A stretch of DNA of 64,000 nucleotides from Dehalococcoidia bacterium (GCA_963665775.2 CAXXTF010000002.1:1376001-1440000); one strand, 5' to 3'. Shown: positions 10,727 through 20,203, counted from the stretch's first letter. The notes: a model not told the origin generated them from the sequence alone. Made by a program: numbers and translations.

Positions 10727-10915
10727 ATGACCGCCATCAAGCTCGCGGGCCTTTCTCCACACCCCCCAATCATCGTCCAGGCCAGCGTCGTACGCGGCCC
10801 CCTCCTGCCCGACATCGAGGACAAGCGGCGGGTCGCCATCGCTAGACCGAAGGCCCTCAACCACCCCGATGACCCGGCCCAGCACAGCCGGTTCGCGGCA
10901 AAGCGATTCAGTTGA
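10727..10915 (+). pseudogene. Internally deleted remnant of a LigB-like/AMMECR1 (AmmeMemoRadiSam A) fusion gene
   Basis: N-terminus LAGLSPHPPIIV joined directly to an AMMECR1-like C-terminus RGPLLPDIE..VAIAR.KA...PDDP...RF. Confidence 0.55.
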
Positions 10916-10950
10916 CCACTCCCCCCAAGTCCCTCACCACCCTCGAATAC

Positions 10951-11341
10951 CCCGCGCTCATCCTGAGCCTGTCGAAGGACGAGCACATGGAGCGTCTCCC
11001 GTGAGCTTCTACGTTTATATCCTCCGCTGCACCGACGGCTCCTACTATGCCGGCCACACGGATAATCTCGAAAAACGACTCGCCGCCCACCAGAGTGGGG
11101 AAATCCAAGGCTACACCTATTCTCGTCGGCCCGTTCGCGTCGTGTTTATGCAAGAATTCCCTTCGCGGGAAGATGCCTTCCTACGAGAGAGACAAATAAA
11201 GGGTTGGTCGAGGCGGAAGAAAGAAGCCCTGATCAGAGGGGGCTGGGAGTGCCTCAGACGGCTTTCCCGCGCTCATGGTTCGACAGGCTCGCCATGAGCG
11301 GCTTGATCCAAATCCGGAGTCGAGATTCCTGATCCGCCTGA
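10951..11341 (+). mobile_element. Palindrome-GIY-YIG-palindrome cassette flanked by a 38-bp direct repeat
   Basis: TGACCACTCCCCCCAAGTCCCTCACCACCCTCGAATAC is identical at 10913-10950 and 11342-11379; hairpins with inverted core GAGCCTGTCGAA/TTCGACAGGCTC at 10951-10984 and 11266-11301. Confidence 0.75.
11001..11297 (+). CDS. Small GIY-YIG nuclease (UPF0213/YhbQ-like)
   Basis: FYVYIL..DGSYYAGHT.NL.KRL..H, YT..RRPV, E.QIKGWSR.KKEALI. Confidence 0.92.
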   Translation: MSFYVYILRCTDGSYYAGHTDNLEKRLAAHQSGEIQGYTYSRRPVRVVFMQEFPSREDAFLRERQIKGWSRRKKEALIRGGWECLRRLSRAHGSTGSP

Positions 11342-13734
11342 TGACCACTCCCCCCAAGTCCCTCACCACCCTCGAATACGATAAGATCATCGGTCGCCTG
11401 GCCGGGCTCTGCGAGACCGCCGCCGCTCGCAGCCTCGCCCTCGATCTCACCCCTTCCTCCGACTATCGAGAGGTCCTCCACCGGCAGCGCCTCACGGCCG
11501 AGGCCCGCCGCCTGCTGGAGATGAAGCCCGGCCTCTCCCTGGCCCCCGCTCGCGACATCCGCGACCTCGTCCGGCAGGCCGCCCTGGGCCACATCCTGGC
11601 CGCCGCCGAGCTCCTGGACGTCCAGGCTACCCTTACCCTGGCCCGCTCCGTTCACGATACGATCAACCGGCTGCGGGTCCACCTCCCCTTCCTGGCCGAG
11701 ATCGCCGACGCCATCGCCGACCTCGCCGAGGTGACGGCGGCGATCGCCCGCTGCCTCAACCCCCGCGCCGAGGTGATCGACAGCGCCTCCCCCGTCCTCG
11801 CCCAGATCCGCCACGACAGCCGCCAAGCCCACGACCGCCTCTCCCATCGCCTGCAGCAGATCGTCAACTCATCGGCCCGCACGGCCCTCCAGGAGCCGAT
11901 CATAACCCTCCGCGACGGCCGCTACGTCGTCCCTGTCAAGGCCGAGCTGCGCTCCCATATCCCCGGCATCGTCCACGATGTCTCCTCCTCCGGCGCTACC
12001 GTCTTCCTGGAACCGCTGGCCACCGTCGAACTGGGAAACACCTGGCGCGAGATGCTGGCCGAGGAGCAGCGCGAGATCCAGCGCATCCTCCGCGATCTCT
12101 CCATCCTCGTCGGCGACCGCGCCGACGACATCGTCGCTACCGCCGGCGCCCTGGCCGAGATCGACCTCTCCCTGGCCAAGGGCCGCCTCGGCGACGCCCT
12201 CGGCGCCGGCGAGCTACCCCACGAGGGCCACGAGCAGCCCTGGCTGCTCCCCCACACCGACGAGCTGCGCCTGGTCAACGCCCGCCATCCGCTCCTCACC
12301 GGCGAGGTGATCCCGATCACCGTCTGGGCCGGCGCTCAGGGGCACGGCTTTAGCGTCCTTCTGATCACCGGCCCCAACACCGGCGGCAAGACCGTCGCCC
12401 TCAAGACCGTCGGACTGCTCTCGCTCATGGCCCAGGCCGGCCTCCCCATCCCCGCCGACGCCGACTCCCGCCTTCCCATCTTCGACGCCGTCTACGCCGA
12501 CATCGGCGACGAGCAGTCGATCGAGCAGTCGCTCTCCACCTTCAGCTCCCACATCGGAAACATCATCGCCATCATGGACGTCGCCACCGCCGACTCCCTC
12601 GTCCTTCTGGACGAGCTGGGCGCCGGCACCGACCCCGCCGAGGGGGCCGCCCTGGCCAAGGCGATCCTCTCCCACCTCCTACGCCGCGGCTGCCTCACCG
12701 TCGCCACCACGCACCACGGCGAGCTCAAGGCCTTCGCCCACGTCACGGAGGGCCTGGCCAACGCCTCCGTGGAGTTCGATCCGGAGAGCCTTTCCCCCAC
12801 CTTCCGCCTGCACATCGGCCTCCCCGGCCAGTCCAACGCCCTGGCCATCGCCCAGCGCCTGGGCATGCCCGCACCGATCCTCGATCAGGCGCGAGATAGC
12901 ATCGACCCCGACCGGCTGGCCGTCGAGTCGCTCATCGTCGACCTCCACCGCCAGCGGGAGGCCGGCGAGACGGCCCGCACAACCCAGGAGGCCGCCACCG
13001 AGGCCGCCCAGCGCGCCCGCGACCGCGTCACCCAGGAGCTGGCCGCCCTGGAGGCGAACCGCGACCGGCTGCTGGAGGGCACCCGCCGCGAGCTGGAGGA
13101 CGAGCTGAGCCAGGCCCGCGCTCGCCTCCGCGAAGCCGTCCGCGATCTGGAGCGGGCCGAGCGGCTCTCGGTCTTCGAGCGGATGACCGCCGTGGAGGCC
13201 GCCCAGGGGGAGGTCGACGATGTCCAGGAGACGGTCCGCAATCTGGAGCGCCGCCGCCGGCCCGTCCGTCGTGGCCCCCTGCCCGCCATCGAGCCCGGCG
13301 ACCGCCTCTACCTGCGCGACCTCCCCCTCCCCGGCGAGGCGATTGCCGCCCCCGACGCTCAGGGCGAGGTCGAGGTGAAGCTGGGCGCCCTCCACGCCCG
13401 CGTCTCCCTCCGGCAGATCGAGCGGGTGGAGAAACGGGGCCCAGAGCGCGAGCCGCCGCCCCTGCGCCCGTCTGCCACGCCGCCGCACGTCCCGCCGGAG
13501 CTGGGCCTGCGCGGCCTCTCCGTGGACGAGGCGCTCCCCCTGATCGACCAGCGGCTGGACGAGGCGTTCCGGGCCGGGGTGGAGAGCCTTCGCCTGATCC
13601 ACGGGAAGGGCACCGGCACCCTGCGCCGCGCCGTCCGCGACATGCTCTCCAAGCACCCCCTGGTGCGCTCCCACGCCCCCGCTCCACCCCGCGAGGGGGG
13701 CGACGGCGTAACGGTGGTAGAGATCGCAGTATAA
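11341..13734 (+). CDS. mutS2: Endonuclease MutS2
   Basis: ITGPNTGGKT, IGDEQSIEQSLSTFSSH, DELGAGTDP, C-terminal Smr domain IHGKGTG. Confidence 0.96.
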   Translation: MTTPPKSLTTLEYDKIIGRLAGLCETAAARSLALDLTPSSDYREVLHRQRLTAEARRLLEMKPGLSLAPARDIRDLVRQAALGHILAAAELLDVQATLTLARSVHDTINRLRVHLPFLAEIADAIADLAEVTAAIARCLNPRAEVIDSASPVLAQIRHDSRQAHDRLSHRLQQIVNSSARTALQEPIITLRDGRYVVPVKAELRSHIPGIVHDVSSSGATVFLEPLATVELGNTWREMLAEEQREIQRILRDLSILVGDRADDIVATAGALAEIDLSLAKGRLGDALGAGELPHEGHEQPWLLPHTDELRLVNARHPLLTGEVIPITVWAGAQGHGFSVLLITGPNTGGKTVALKTVGLLSLMAQAGLPIPADADSRLPIFDAVYADIGDEQSIEQSLSTFSSHIGNIIAIMDVATADSLVLLDELGAGTDPAEGAALAKAILSHLLRRGCLTVATTHHGELKAFAHVTEGLANASVEFDPESLSPTFRLHIGLPGQSNALAIAQRLGMPAPILDQARDSIDPDRLAVESLIVDLHRQREAGETARTTQEAATEAAQRARDRVTQELAALEANRDRLLEGTRRELEDELSQARARLREAVRDLERAERLSVFERMTAVEAAQGEVDDVQETVRNLERRRRPVRRGPLPAIEPGDRLYLRDLPLPGEAIAAPDAQGEVEVKLGALHARVSLRQIERVEKRGPEREPPPLRPSATPPHVPPELGLRGLSVDEALPLIDQRLDEAFRAGVESLRLIHGKGTGTLRRAVRDMLSKHPLVRSHAPAPPREGGDGVTVVEIAV

Positions 13735-13744
13735 TTGCGGCGCT

Positions 13745-14875
13745 ATGGAAACCGTCGGCATCATCGTTGGGATAATCGCAGGGATCGTGGCCATCTTGGG
13801 CGGCGTAGTTGGCATGTGGTTTCGGCTGCGGCCCAGACCGGACAGTGAACGTTTAACCCTTGAGCTAATCGACGAGAGGGTTAAGCAGGCAGTAGCGGCT
13901 AGCTTCGATGAACTTCAGAAAGGGGCACTCACGCCACCCGCTGGCACAACGCCTGTTGACACTGACGCCCTGGCAGGGGCAGCCACCGAACGCACCGCCC
14001 AGCTCCTCGGCGAAGCCGTCGAACTACAGGGCCAGCACAGGGAGCGCGAGGCGATCGAACGGCTGCTGACCGCCTACGATATGGAGATACCACCCGTGGC
14101 CAAGGCCCAGCTTCACATCCTCGCCGGCAACGGCTTCCTGCGGCTTAGCGTACTCGAACAAGCCGAGGGCCATTACTACGATGCGCTGGTAGCTGCCGAG
14201 GAGACGGGCCATCAGCAAGGCCAGGCCGCCGCCCTCAGCGGCCTGGGCATCGTCTATCGCCAGCGCGGCGACCTGGACCGGGCCGAGGAGCACCACCAGA
14301 AGGCCCTCGCCATCGACGAGGAGATCGGCAACCGCCTGGGCCAGGCCAACCAGCTCGGCAACCTGGGCAACGTCTACCTGGAGCGCGGTGACCTGGACAG
14401 GGCCGAGGAGCACCACAAGAGGGCCCTCGACATCAGCAGGAAGATCGGAAACCGCCTGAGCGAGGCCCAGGACCTCGGCAACCTGGGCGGCGTCTACGCC
14501 CAACACGCCGACCTGGACCGGGCCGAGGAGCACCACAAGAGGGCCCTCGCCATCGACGAGGAGATCGACAACCGCCTGGGCCAGGCCAACCAGCTCGGCA
14601 ACCTGGGCAACGTCTACGCCGACCGCGGCGACCTGGACCGGGCGGAGGAGCACCACCAGAAGGCCCTCGACATCAGCAGGGAAATCGGCAACCGCCTGAG
14701 CGAGGCCCAGGACCTCGGCAACCTGGGCAACGTCTACTCCCGGCGCGGCAACCTGGACCGGGCCAAGGAGCACTACCAGAAAGCACTATCGCTTTTCCAG
14801 GAGGTTGGCGCTCAACCCCAGATCGCGCAGACGCAACGCCTCATCGACGAGCTAAGAACACCTCCCCAAGAATGA
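13745..14875 (+). CDS. Membrane-anchored tetratricopeptide repeat protein
   Basis: N-terminal TM helix plus five 40-aa TPR-like units (LGNLGNVY..RGDLDRAEEHH.KAL). Confidence 0.88.
   Translation: METVGIIVGIIAGIVAILGGVVGMWFRLRPRPDSERLTLELIDERVKQAVAASFDELQKGALTPPAGTTPVDTDALAGAATERTAQLLGEAVELQGQHREREAIERLLTAYDMEIPPVAKAQLHILAGNGFLRLSVLEQAEGHYYDALVAAEETGHQQGQAAALSGLGIVYRQRGDLDRAEEHHQKALAIDEEIGNRLGQANQLGNLGNVYLERGDLDRAEEHHKRALDISRKIGNRLSEAQDLGNLGGVYAQHADLDRAEEHHKRALAIDEEIDNRLGQANQLGNLGNVYADRGDLDRAEEHHQKALDISREIGNRLSEAQDLGNLGNVYSRRGNLDRAKEHYQKALSLFQEVGAQPQIAQTQRLIDELRTPPQE
14207..14806 (+). repeat. Five tandem 120-bp coding repeats
   Basis: Near-identical DNA units, e.g. GACCTGGACCGGGCCGAGGAGCACCAC recurring every 120 bp. 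Confidence 0.88.
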
Positions 14876-14886
14876 TCACCGCCCGC

Positions 14887-14923
14887 GCCCGCTCGCCCTT
14901 CGACAGGCTCAGGGTGAGCGGGC
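14887..14923. repeat. Solo REP-like palindrome (TTCGACAGGCTCA family)
   Basis: GCCCGCTCGCCC-TTCGACAGGCTCA-GGGTGAGCGGGC. Confidence 0.85.
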
Positions 14924-14960
14924 ACTGTCCACTATCCACCGTCAACTGTAGACTAGCCCC

Positions 14961-15917
14961 ATGATCACCGTCCTGGCCGGCGGCGTCGGCGCCGCCCGCT
15001 TCCTCCAGGGCCTCCTCGCCGTCCACCCGCCCTCGGACGTCACCATCGTCTCCAACGTCGGCGACGACGCCCAGTTCTTCGGCCTCCACGTCTCCCCGGA
15101 CATCGACATCGTCCTCTACCACCTGGCCGGCCTGGCCGACGAGGAGCGCGGCTTCGGCCTCCGCGGCGACACCACACACACCATCGACGCCCTCGCCGGC
15201 TTCGGCTACGACCCCTGGTTCCGCCTGGGCGACCGCGACCTGGCCACCTGCATCGCCCGCACGGACCTCCTCCGTCGCGGCCACACCCTCTCCCAGGCCA
15301 CCGGCGAGATCGCCCGCGCCCTGGGCCTCCCCACCCGCCTCCTCCCCGCCACCGATGATCCCCTGCGCACGATGATCCGCACCGACGACGCCCTCCTGGA
15401 GTTCCAGGAGTACTTCGTGAAGCGCGGCGCCCAGGACCCCGTCCGCGAGGTGATCTTCCGGGGCGCGGAGACGGCCCGCCCCGCCCCCGGCGTCCTGGAG
15501 GCGATCCGCCAAGCGAAGGCCATCATCCTCGCCCCCTCCAACCCCCTCGTCAGCGTCGGGCCTATCCTGGCCGTCCCCGGCGTCCGGGAGGCGCTCCGGG
15601 AGACCCGGGCCGGAACACATCCTGAGCCACGTCGAAGGATCGTCGCCGTCAGCCCCATCGTCGGCGGCACCGCCCTCAAGGGGCCCGCCGCCCGCATGCT
15701 CCGCGAGCAGGGGTTGGCGGCCAGCGCCACCACCATCGCCCACCTCTACCGGGACTTCCTGGACGTGCTGGTCATCGACGACGTGGACGCCGACCTCCGC
15801 CCGGAGATCGAGGCGCTGGGCTTGGAAGTTACGGTCACCGATACGATAATGAGCTCGATGGAAAAGAAGGCCGCCCTGGCCCGCACCGTCCTCAGCGCCG
15901 CGCAGGCGTCGAGATGA
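14961..15917 (+). CDS. cofD: 2-phospho-L-lactate transferase CofD/FbiA (F420 biosynthesis)
   Basis: LAGGVGAARF, VSPDID, WFRLGDRD, APSNPLVS, ALKGPA. Confidence 0.94.
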   Translation: MITVLAGGVGAARFLQGLLAVHPPSDVTIVSNVGDDAQFFGLHVSPDIDIVLYHLAGLADEERGFGLRGDTTHTIDALAGFGYDPWFRLGDRDLATCIARTDLLRRGHTLSQATGEIARALGLPTRLLPATDDPLRTMIRTDDALLEFQEYFVKRGAQDPVREVIFRGAETARPAPGVLEAIRQAKAIILAPSNPLVSVGPILAVPGVREALRETRAGTHPEPRRRIVAVSPIVGGTALKGPAARMLREQGLAASATTIAHLYRDFLDVLVIDDVDADLRPEIEALGLEVTVTDTIMSSMEKKAALARTVLSAAQASR

Positions 15918-16579
15918 TCGCCGCCCTCGTCCCCGCCAAGGCGCTCGACCAGGCGAAAGGCCGCCTCGCCGGCGTCCTCAGCGAGAGCGAACGGCGGCGG
16001 CTGGCCCTGGCCATGCTGGCGGACGTCCTTCGCACCCTCCAGGCCGTCCCCCGCCTCGACCTCATCGCCACCGTCAGCCCCGACACCGACGTCCTGGCTC
16101 GCGCCCAGGGCCTGGGCAGCGAGCCCATCGCCGAGCCACCTTCCGCCCGGGGCATCAACCGGGCCCTTACGCACGCCCTGGGCGTAATCTCGCCCCGCGG
16201 CATCGACACCCTCCTCGTCGTCGTGGCCGACGTGCCGGCCGTATCCCCCAGCGACATCGAGGCCGTCCTCGACGCCCTCTCCCCCCAGGGAGGCGCCGTC
16301 ATCTGCCCCTCCCTGGCTCAGGGCACCAGCGCCCTCGCCCTCCGCCCGCCGGACGCCATCCCCTTCCGCTTCGGCCCGCACTCCTTCGCCGCCCACAAGC
16401 GCGAGGCCGCTGCCCGTGACGTTTCGGCCCATATCCAGAGAATCGACTCCCTGGCCGCCGACATCGACGGCCCCGACGACCTCCTCGACCTCATCTCGCG
16501 GCCCGCCGACACCGCCACCCACCGCCTGCTCGATCAGATGCGCCTGCCCGAACGGCTCCAGGCCAGCCGCCACCGTTAA
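15914..16579 (+). CDS. cofC: 2-phospho-L-lactate/PEP guanylyltransferase CofC/FbiD
   Basis: LVPAK...AKGRL, ADVP, FGPHSF..H, DIDGPDDL. Confidence 0.9.
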   Translation: MIAALVPAKALDQAKGRLAGVLSESERRRLALAMLADVLRTLQAVPRLDLIATVSPDTDVLARAQGLGSEPIAEPPSARGINRALTHALGVISPRGIDTLLVVVADVPAVSPSDIEAVLDALSPQGGAVICPSLAQGTSALALRPPDAIPFRFGPHSFAAHKREAAARDVSAHIQRIDSLAADIDGPDDLLDLISRPADTATHRLLDQMRLPERLQASRHR

Positions 16580-16588
16580 GGAGCGCCT

Positions 16589-17221
16589 ATGCAATCGGAA
16601 GCCGAGCCAGTAGCGACGACAATCGCCTCTCGCCGCTCCATTCGCCGCTTCGACTCCCACCCCGTGCCTGCCGACGCCGTCCGCGACCTCATCGCCCTGG
16701 CCTGCACCGCCCCGGCCCCCCACGCCTCCCACCCCTGGCGCTTCGTCCACATCACCTCGCCGGAAGCGAAGGACAACCTGGCAGACGCGGCAGCGGACTC
16801 CTGGCGGGCGGACCTGGACCGCGCCGGGCAGAGCGTGCACACCATCCACAAGCTACTCTCCCGCTCCCGACGCCGGCTCATGGAGGCCCCGGTACTAATC
16901 CTGGCCTGCCTCAGCTTGAACGAGGCCCGCCCCTGGCCCGACCAGTCCCGCCGCCGCGCCGAGCGCGACATGTTCGTGCAGAGCCTGGGCGCCGCCCTCC
17001 AGAACCTCCTGCTCGCCGCCTACGCCCGCGGCCTTGCCGGCTACCTCAAGGGCGCCCCTCTCTTCTGCGCAAACGCCGTCCGCGAGGCCCTGGGACTTCC
17101 TGCGGACTGGGAGCCCGCCTCGTTCGTTCTCCTCGGCTATCCGAAGGGCGGGGTCGAACCTCTACCTCTACCGCGACCCCGATCGCCCCACGATGTCGAC
17201 GACTTCCTGACGACCCGCTGA
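16589..17221 (+). CDS. Nitroreductase resembling the FbiB C-terminal domain
   Basis: RRSIRRF, APAPHASHPWRF, W.ADL, AER.MF..SLGAALQNLL; follows cofD-cofC. Confidence 0.8.
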   Translation: MQSEAEPVATTIASRRSIRRFDSHPVPADAVRDLIALACTAPAPHASHPWRFVHITSPEAKDNLADAAADSWRADLDRAGQSVHTIHKLLSRSRRRLMEAPVLILACLSLNEARPWPDQSRRRAERDMFVQSLGAALQNLLLAAYARGLAGYLKGAPLFCANAVREALGLPADWEPASFVLLGYPKGGVEPLPLPRPRSPHDVDDFLTTR

Positions 17222-17327
17222 CAGGCCCCATCCGCCCGCCAGCTCACCCCTAGTCCGCCGAGCACGAACGCCGCATCGCCCACTCCTCTGTGCTAATCTG
17301 GGGCCAGACTAGAGAGAAGGAGGTCCC

Positions 17328-17936
17328 ATGGACGTCTTCGAAGCAATGCACAGCCAGCGGGCCATACGCCGCCTCAAGACCGATCCGGTCCCCGACGAGC
17401 TCATCTGGAAGGTGTTAGACGCCGCCATCCGCGCCCCCAGCGGCAGCAACCAGCAGCCCTGGAACTTCATCGTCATCCGCAATCCGGATACCAGGAAGCG
17501 GATCGGCGAGCTCTACCTCGAGGTCTGGAGCTCGTTCCGTAGCGGGCAGCCGCAGCAGACGGAGCCCGATCCCAAGACGGCCAAAATCCACGCCTCAGCC
17601 GATCACCTGGCCAACCACCTGGGTGAGGCGCCGGTCCTGATCCTTGTCACCTTCAACAACTCCATCTCCTCGTCGTCAGTGGTCGGCTCCTCCATCTTTC
17701 CCGCCGTCCAGAACCTGATGCTGGCCGCCCGGGCCCTGGGCCTGGGCAGCGTCCTCACCACGACTCACCGCGGCCGGGAGGCCCAGATCAAGGAACTGCT
17801 GGGCATCCCTGATGATGTCGACACGATGGCCCTCATCCCCCTGGGCTGGCCCCAGGGCCGCTTCGGCCCCACTGACCGCCACCCCGTCGATCAGGTCACC
17901 TACTGGGACAGGTGGGGAGAGACCAGCGAGCGCTGA
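17328..17936 (+). CDS. Nitroreductase family protein
   Basis: QRAIRR, APSGSNQQPW, AVQNLMLAARALGLG. Confidence 0.9.
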   Translation: MDVFEAMHSQRAIRRLKTDPVPDELIWKVLDAAIRAPSGSNQQPWNFIVIRNPDTRKRIGELYLEVWSSFRSGQPQQTEPDPKTAKIHASADHLANHLGEAPVLILVTFNNSISSSSVVGSSIFPAVQNLMLAARALGLGSVLTTTHRGREAQIKELLGIPDDVDTMALIPLGWPQGRFGPTDRHPVDQVTYWDRWGETSER

Positions 17937-18062
17937 CTGGGTCGCCCTCGCGGCGGCGTCCTTTTTCCCCTTGCCCTTTTCCGCCCGCCCAAGTCCGCTG
18001 AGCGATCATCCGTGATCATCTGCGGCCAACCAGAGGGTCTGCCCCACATACCCTACCGGCGC

Positions 18063-18078
18063 TCGAACAAACATGCGA
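18063..18078. promoter_or_regulatory. Possible LexA (GAAC-N4-GTTC type) box before rarA
   Basis: TCGAACaaacATGCGA, two mismatches in the right half-site, adjacent to a GATAAT -10-like element. Confidence 0.35.
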
Positions 18079-18091
18079 TAATGTGGGCGTC

Positions 18092-19471
18092 ATGCTCGCC
18101 CCCCGGCGCTCCAAGGCCCCCGATATGTTCGCCCAGGCGGCCCAGCGCCGCGCCGACCGCCAGGCCCCCCTGGCCGCCCGCATGCGCCCCCGCACCCTCG
18201 ACGAGTTCGTCGGGCAGGAGCAGCTCGTCGGCCCCGACCACGTCCTGCGCAAGGCCATCGAGGCCGACGAGCTCCCCTCGATCGTCCTCTGGGGCCCGCC
18301 CGGCACCGGCAAGACCACCCTGGCCCGCATCATCGCCGCCCTCACTCGCTCCCACTTCGAGCCCATCTCCGCCGTCGCCGCCGGCGTCGCCGACCTCCGT
18401 CGCATCGTCGCCGAGGCCCGCGACCGGCTGGGGATACAGGAGCAGCGCACCATCCTCTTCATCGACGAGATACACCGCTTCAACAAGGCGCAACAGGACG
18501 TCATTCTCCCTTATGTCGAGGACGGCACCGTCACCCTCATCGGCGCCACCACGGAGAACCCCTCCTTCGAGGTCATCGCCGCCCTCCTCTCCCGCTGCCG
18601 CGTCTTCACCCTGGAGCCGCTGACGCCGGAGCAGGTGGAGCTCATCCTCCGCCGTGCCCTGGCCGACGAGGAGCGCGGCCTCGGCTCGACGCGATTCGAG
18701 GTCAGCGACGACGTCCTCGCCGCCCTGGCCGGCGCCGTCGGCGGCGACGCCCGCATCGCCCTCAACGCCCTGGAGCTGGCCGTCAACGCCGCTCATCCTG
18801 AGCCTGTCGAAGGACCCGATGCCAAAGGCGTACGTGTGGTCTCCCTCGAAGCCGTCGAGGAGGCTCTCCAGCACCGGGCCGCCCTCTACGACAAGGCCGG
18901 CGACTGGCACTACGACATCGTCTCCGCCCTCATCAAGTCGCTCCGCGGCTCCGACCCGGATGCCGCCCTCTACTGGCTGGCCCGCATGATCGAGGGCGGC
19001 GAGGACCCCCTGTTCATCGCCCGCCGCCTGGTCATCCTCGCCTCGGAGGAGGTGGGGCTGGCCGATCCCCAGGCCCTCCAGGTGGCGATCGCCGCCCAGC
19101 AGGCCGTCCACTTCGTCGGCATGCCGGAGGGGTTCTACCCCCTGGCCGAGGCGACGATCTACCTGGCCACGGCCCCAAAGTCCAACTCCGTGGACAGCGC
19201 CTACAAGCGCGCCCTCCAGGACGCCCAGGCCACCCTGAGCGAGCCGGTGCCCCTGCACCTGCGCAACCCGGTCACCGACCTGATGAAGGGGATGGGCTAC
19301 GGCCGCGACTACCAGTACGACCACTCCTCCCCCGGCCACTACTCCGGCCAGGAGCACCTGCCCGAAAAGCTACGCGGACGCCGCTACTACGAGCCCGGTG
19401 AGCAGGGCTACGAGCAGCCCATCCGCGAGTGGCTGGAGCGCCTGCGAGAGGGGAGGCGCGAGGGCGACTGA
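18092..19471 (+). CDS. rarA: Replication-associated recombination protein A
   Basis: [45 protein letters not shown]. Confidence 0.96.
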   Translation: MLAPRRSKAPDMFAQAAQRRADRQAPLAARMRPRTLDEFVGQEQLVGPDHVLRKAIEADELPSIVLWGPPGTGKTTLARIIAALTRSHFEPISAVAAGVADLRRIVAEARDRLGIQEQRTILFIDEIHRFNKAQQDVILPYVEDGTVTLIGATTENPSFEVIAALLSRCRVFTLEPLTPEQVELILRRALADEERGLGSTRFEVSDDVLAALAGAVGGDARIALNALELAVNAAHPEPVEGPDAKGVRVVSLEAVEEALQHRAALYDKAGDWHYDIVSALIKSLRGSDPDAALYWLARMIEGGEDPLFIARRLVILASEEVGLADPQALQVAIAAQQAVHFVGMPEGFYPLAEATIYLATAPKSNSVDSAYKRALQDAQATLSEPVPLHLRNPVTDLMKGMGYGRDYQYDHSSPGHYSGQEHLPEKLRGRRYYEPGEQGYEQPIREWLERLREGRREGD

Positions 19472-19477
19472 TACCTC

Positions 19478-19930
19478 ATGAAACATTTCTTATCCTTAGC
19501 AGTATTTGCGCTATTCTTCGCCAGCTTGGGTGCTGGCGGGGCAGTGGGCGTTATGGTTTGGGAGCCTTGGGCTGATGATAGCGACGCGCCACAACTGGCC
19601 TCTACCCCAAAGCCGACTACCTCTACTCCAAAGCCAACGCCCTATGAGAGGAGGCTGACGGCGCCTGAAGCCGCAGCCATCGTGGAGTCCAGCGAGAATC
19701 AACGTTACGTCGACGCTTATCGTGCCCCTAGAGAGCCAAGCCAGGTGAGGTTGCTTATCCAGCTTGAAGGGTGCGAGACAGTGGATTTCAATGAGAGAAG
19801 CCGGGCCTGGATCGTCCAGTGCCTCGTTATGTTAAGGAACCTAGAAACCGGGCAGGAGTACGAGCCAGGCCTCCAGATATATCGTATTTACGATAGCACT
19901 GGCGTAATCGAGCCTGTGACCGGCCCATGA
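19478..19930 (+). CDS. Hypothetical exported protein with P/T linker
   Basis: Hydrophobic N-terminus, STPKPT repeats, less GC-biased codons. Confidence 0.6.
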   Translation: MKHFLSLAVFALFFASLGAGGAVGVMVWEPWADDSDAPQLASTPKPTTSTPKPTPYERRLTAPEAAAIVESSENQRYVDAYRAPREPSQVRLLIQLEGCETVDFNERSRAWIVQCLVMLRNLETGQEYEPGLQIYRIYDSTGVIEPVTGP

Positions 19931-20203
19931 GTCGGGAAGAACCGCTCATGACCGCTCACGACCTCCCCCACCGTCACCCCCTCGGACCCCGACGAGCCGC
20001 CGTCGCTGGAGCCCGATGCCGTTCACGAAGTTCAGATATCGGTCGCAGCCAGCAATGCCCAGCCCACCGAGATCAAGCTCTGGCTCTGCTACGATGGCAA
20101 TTTCGATTCACTACCGGACTCCCTGCAGATTTGGGCAATCACATGAGCCGCTCCTAGCCCCTTAACAAGAGGGCTCTCGTAGCGTATCATCATAAGCAGC
20201 ATT

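Noticed and set aside
10869-11340. ORF-track starts at 10869 (GIY-YIG) and 11275 (mutS2)
   Set aside because: The extensions only translate the duplicated sequence and palindromes; GTG 11001 and ATG 11341 match the family N-termini.
12679-19357. Long antisense/overlapping ORFs (e.g. 12679-13815, 18053-19357; likewise 23017-24330, 55757-56794)
   Set aside because: Shadow ORFs expected opposite GC3-rich genes; no motifs or RBS.
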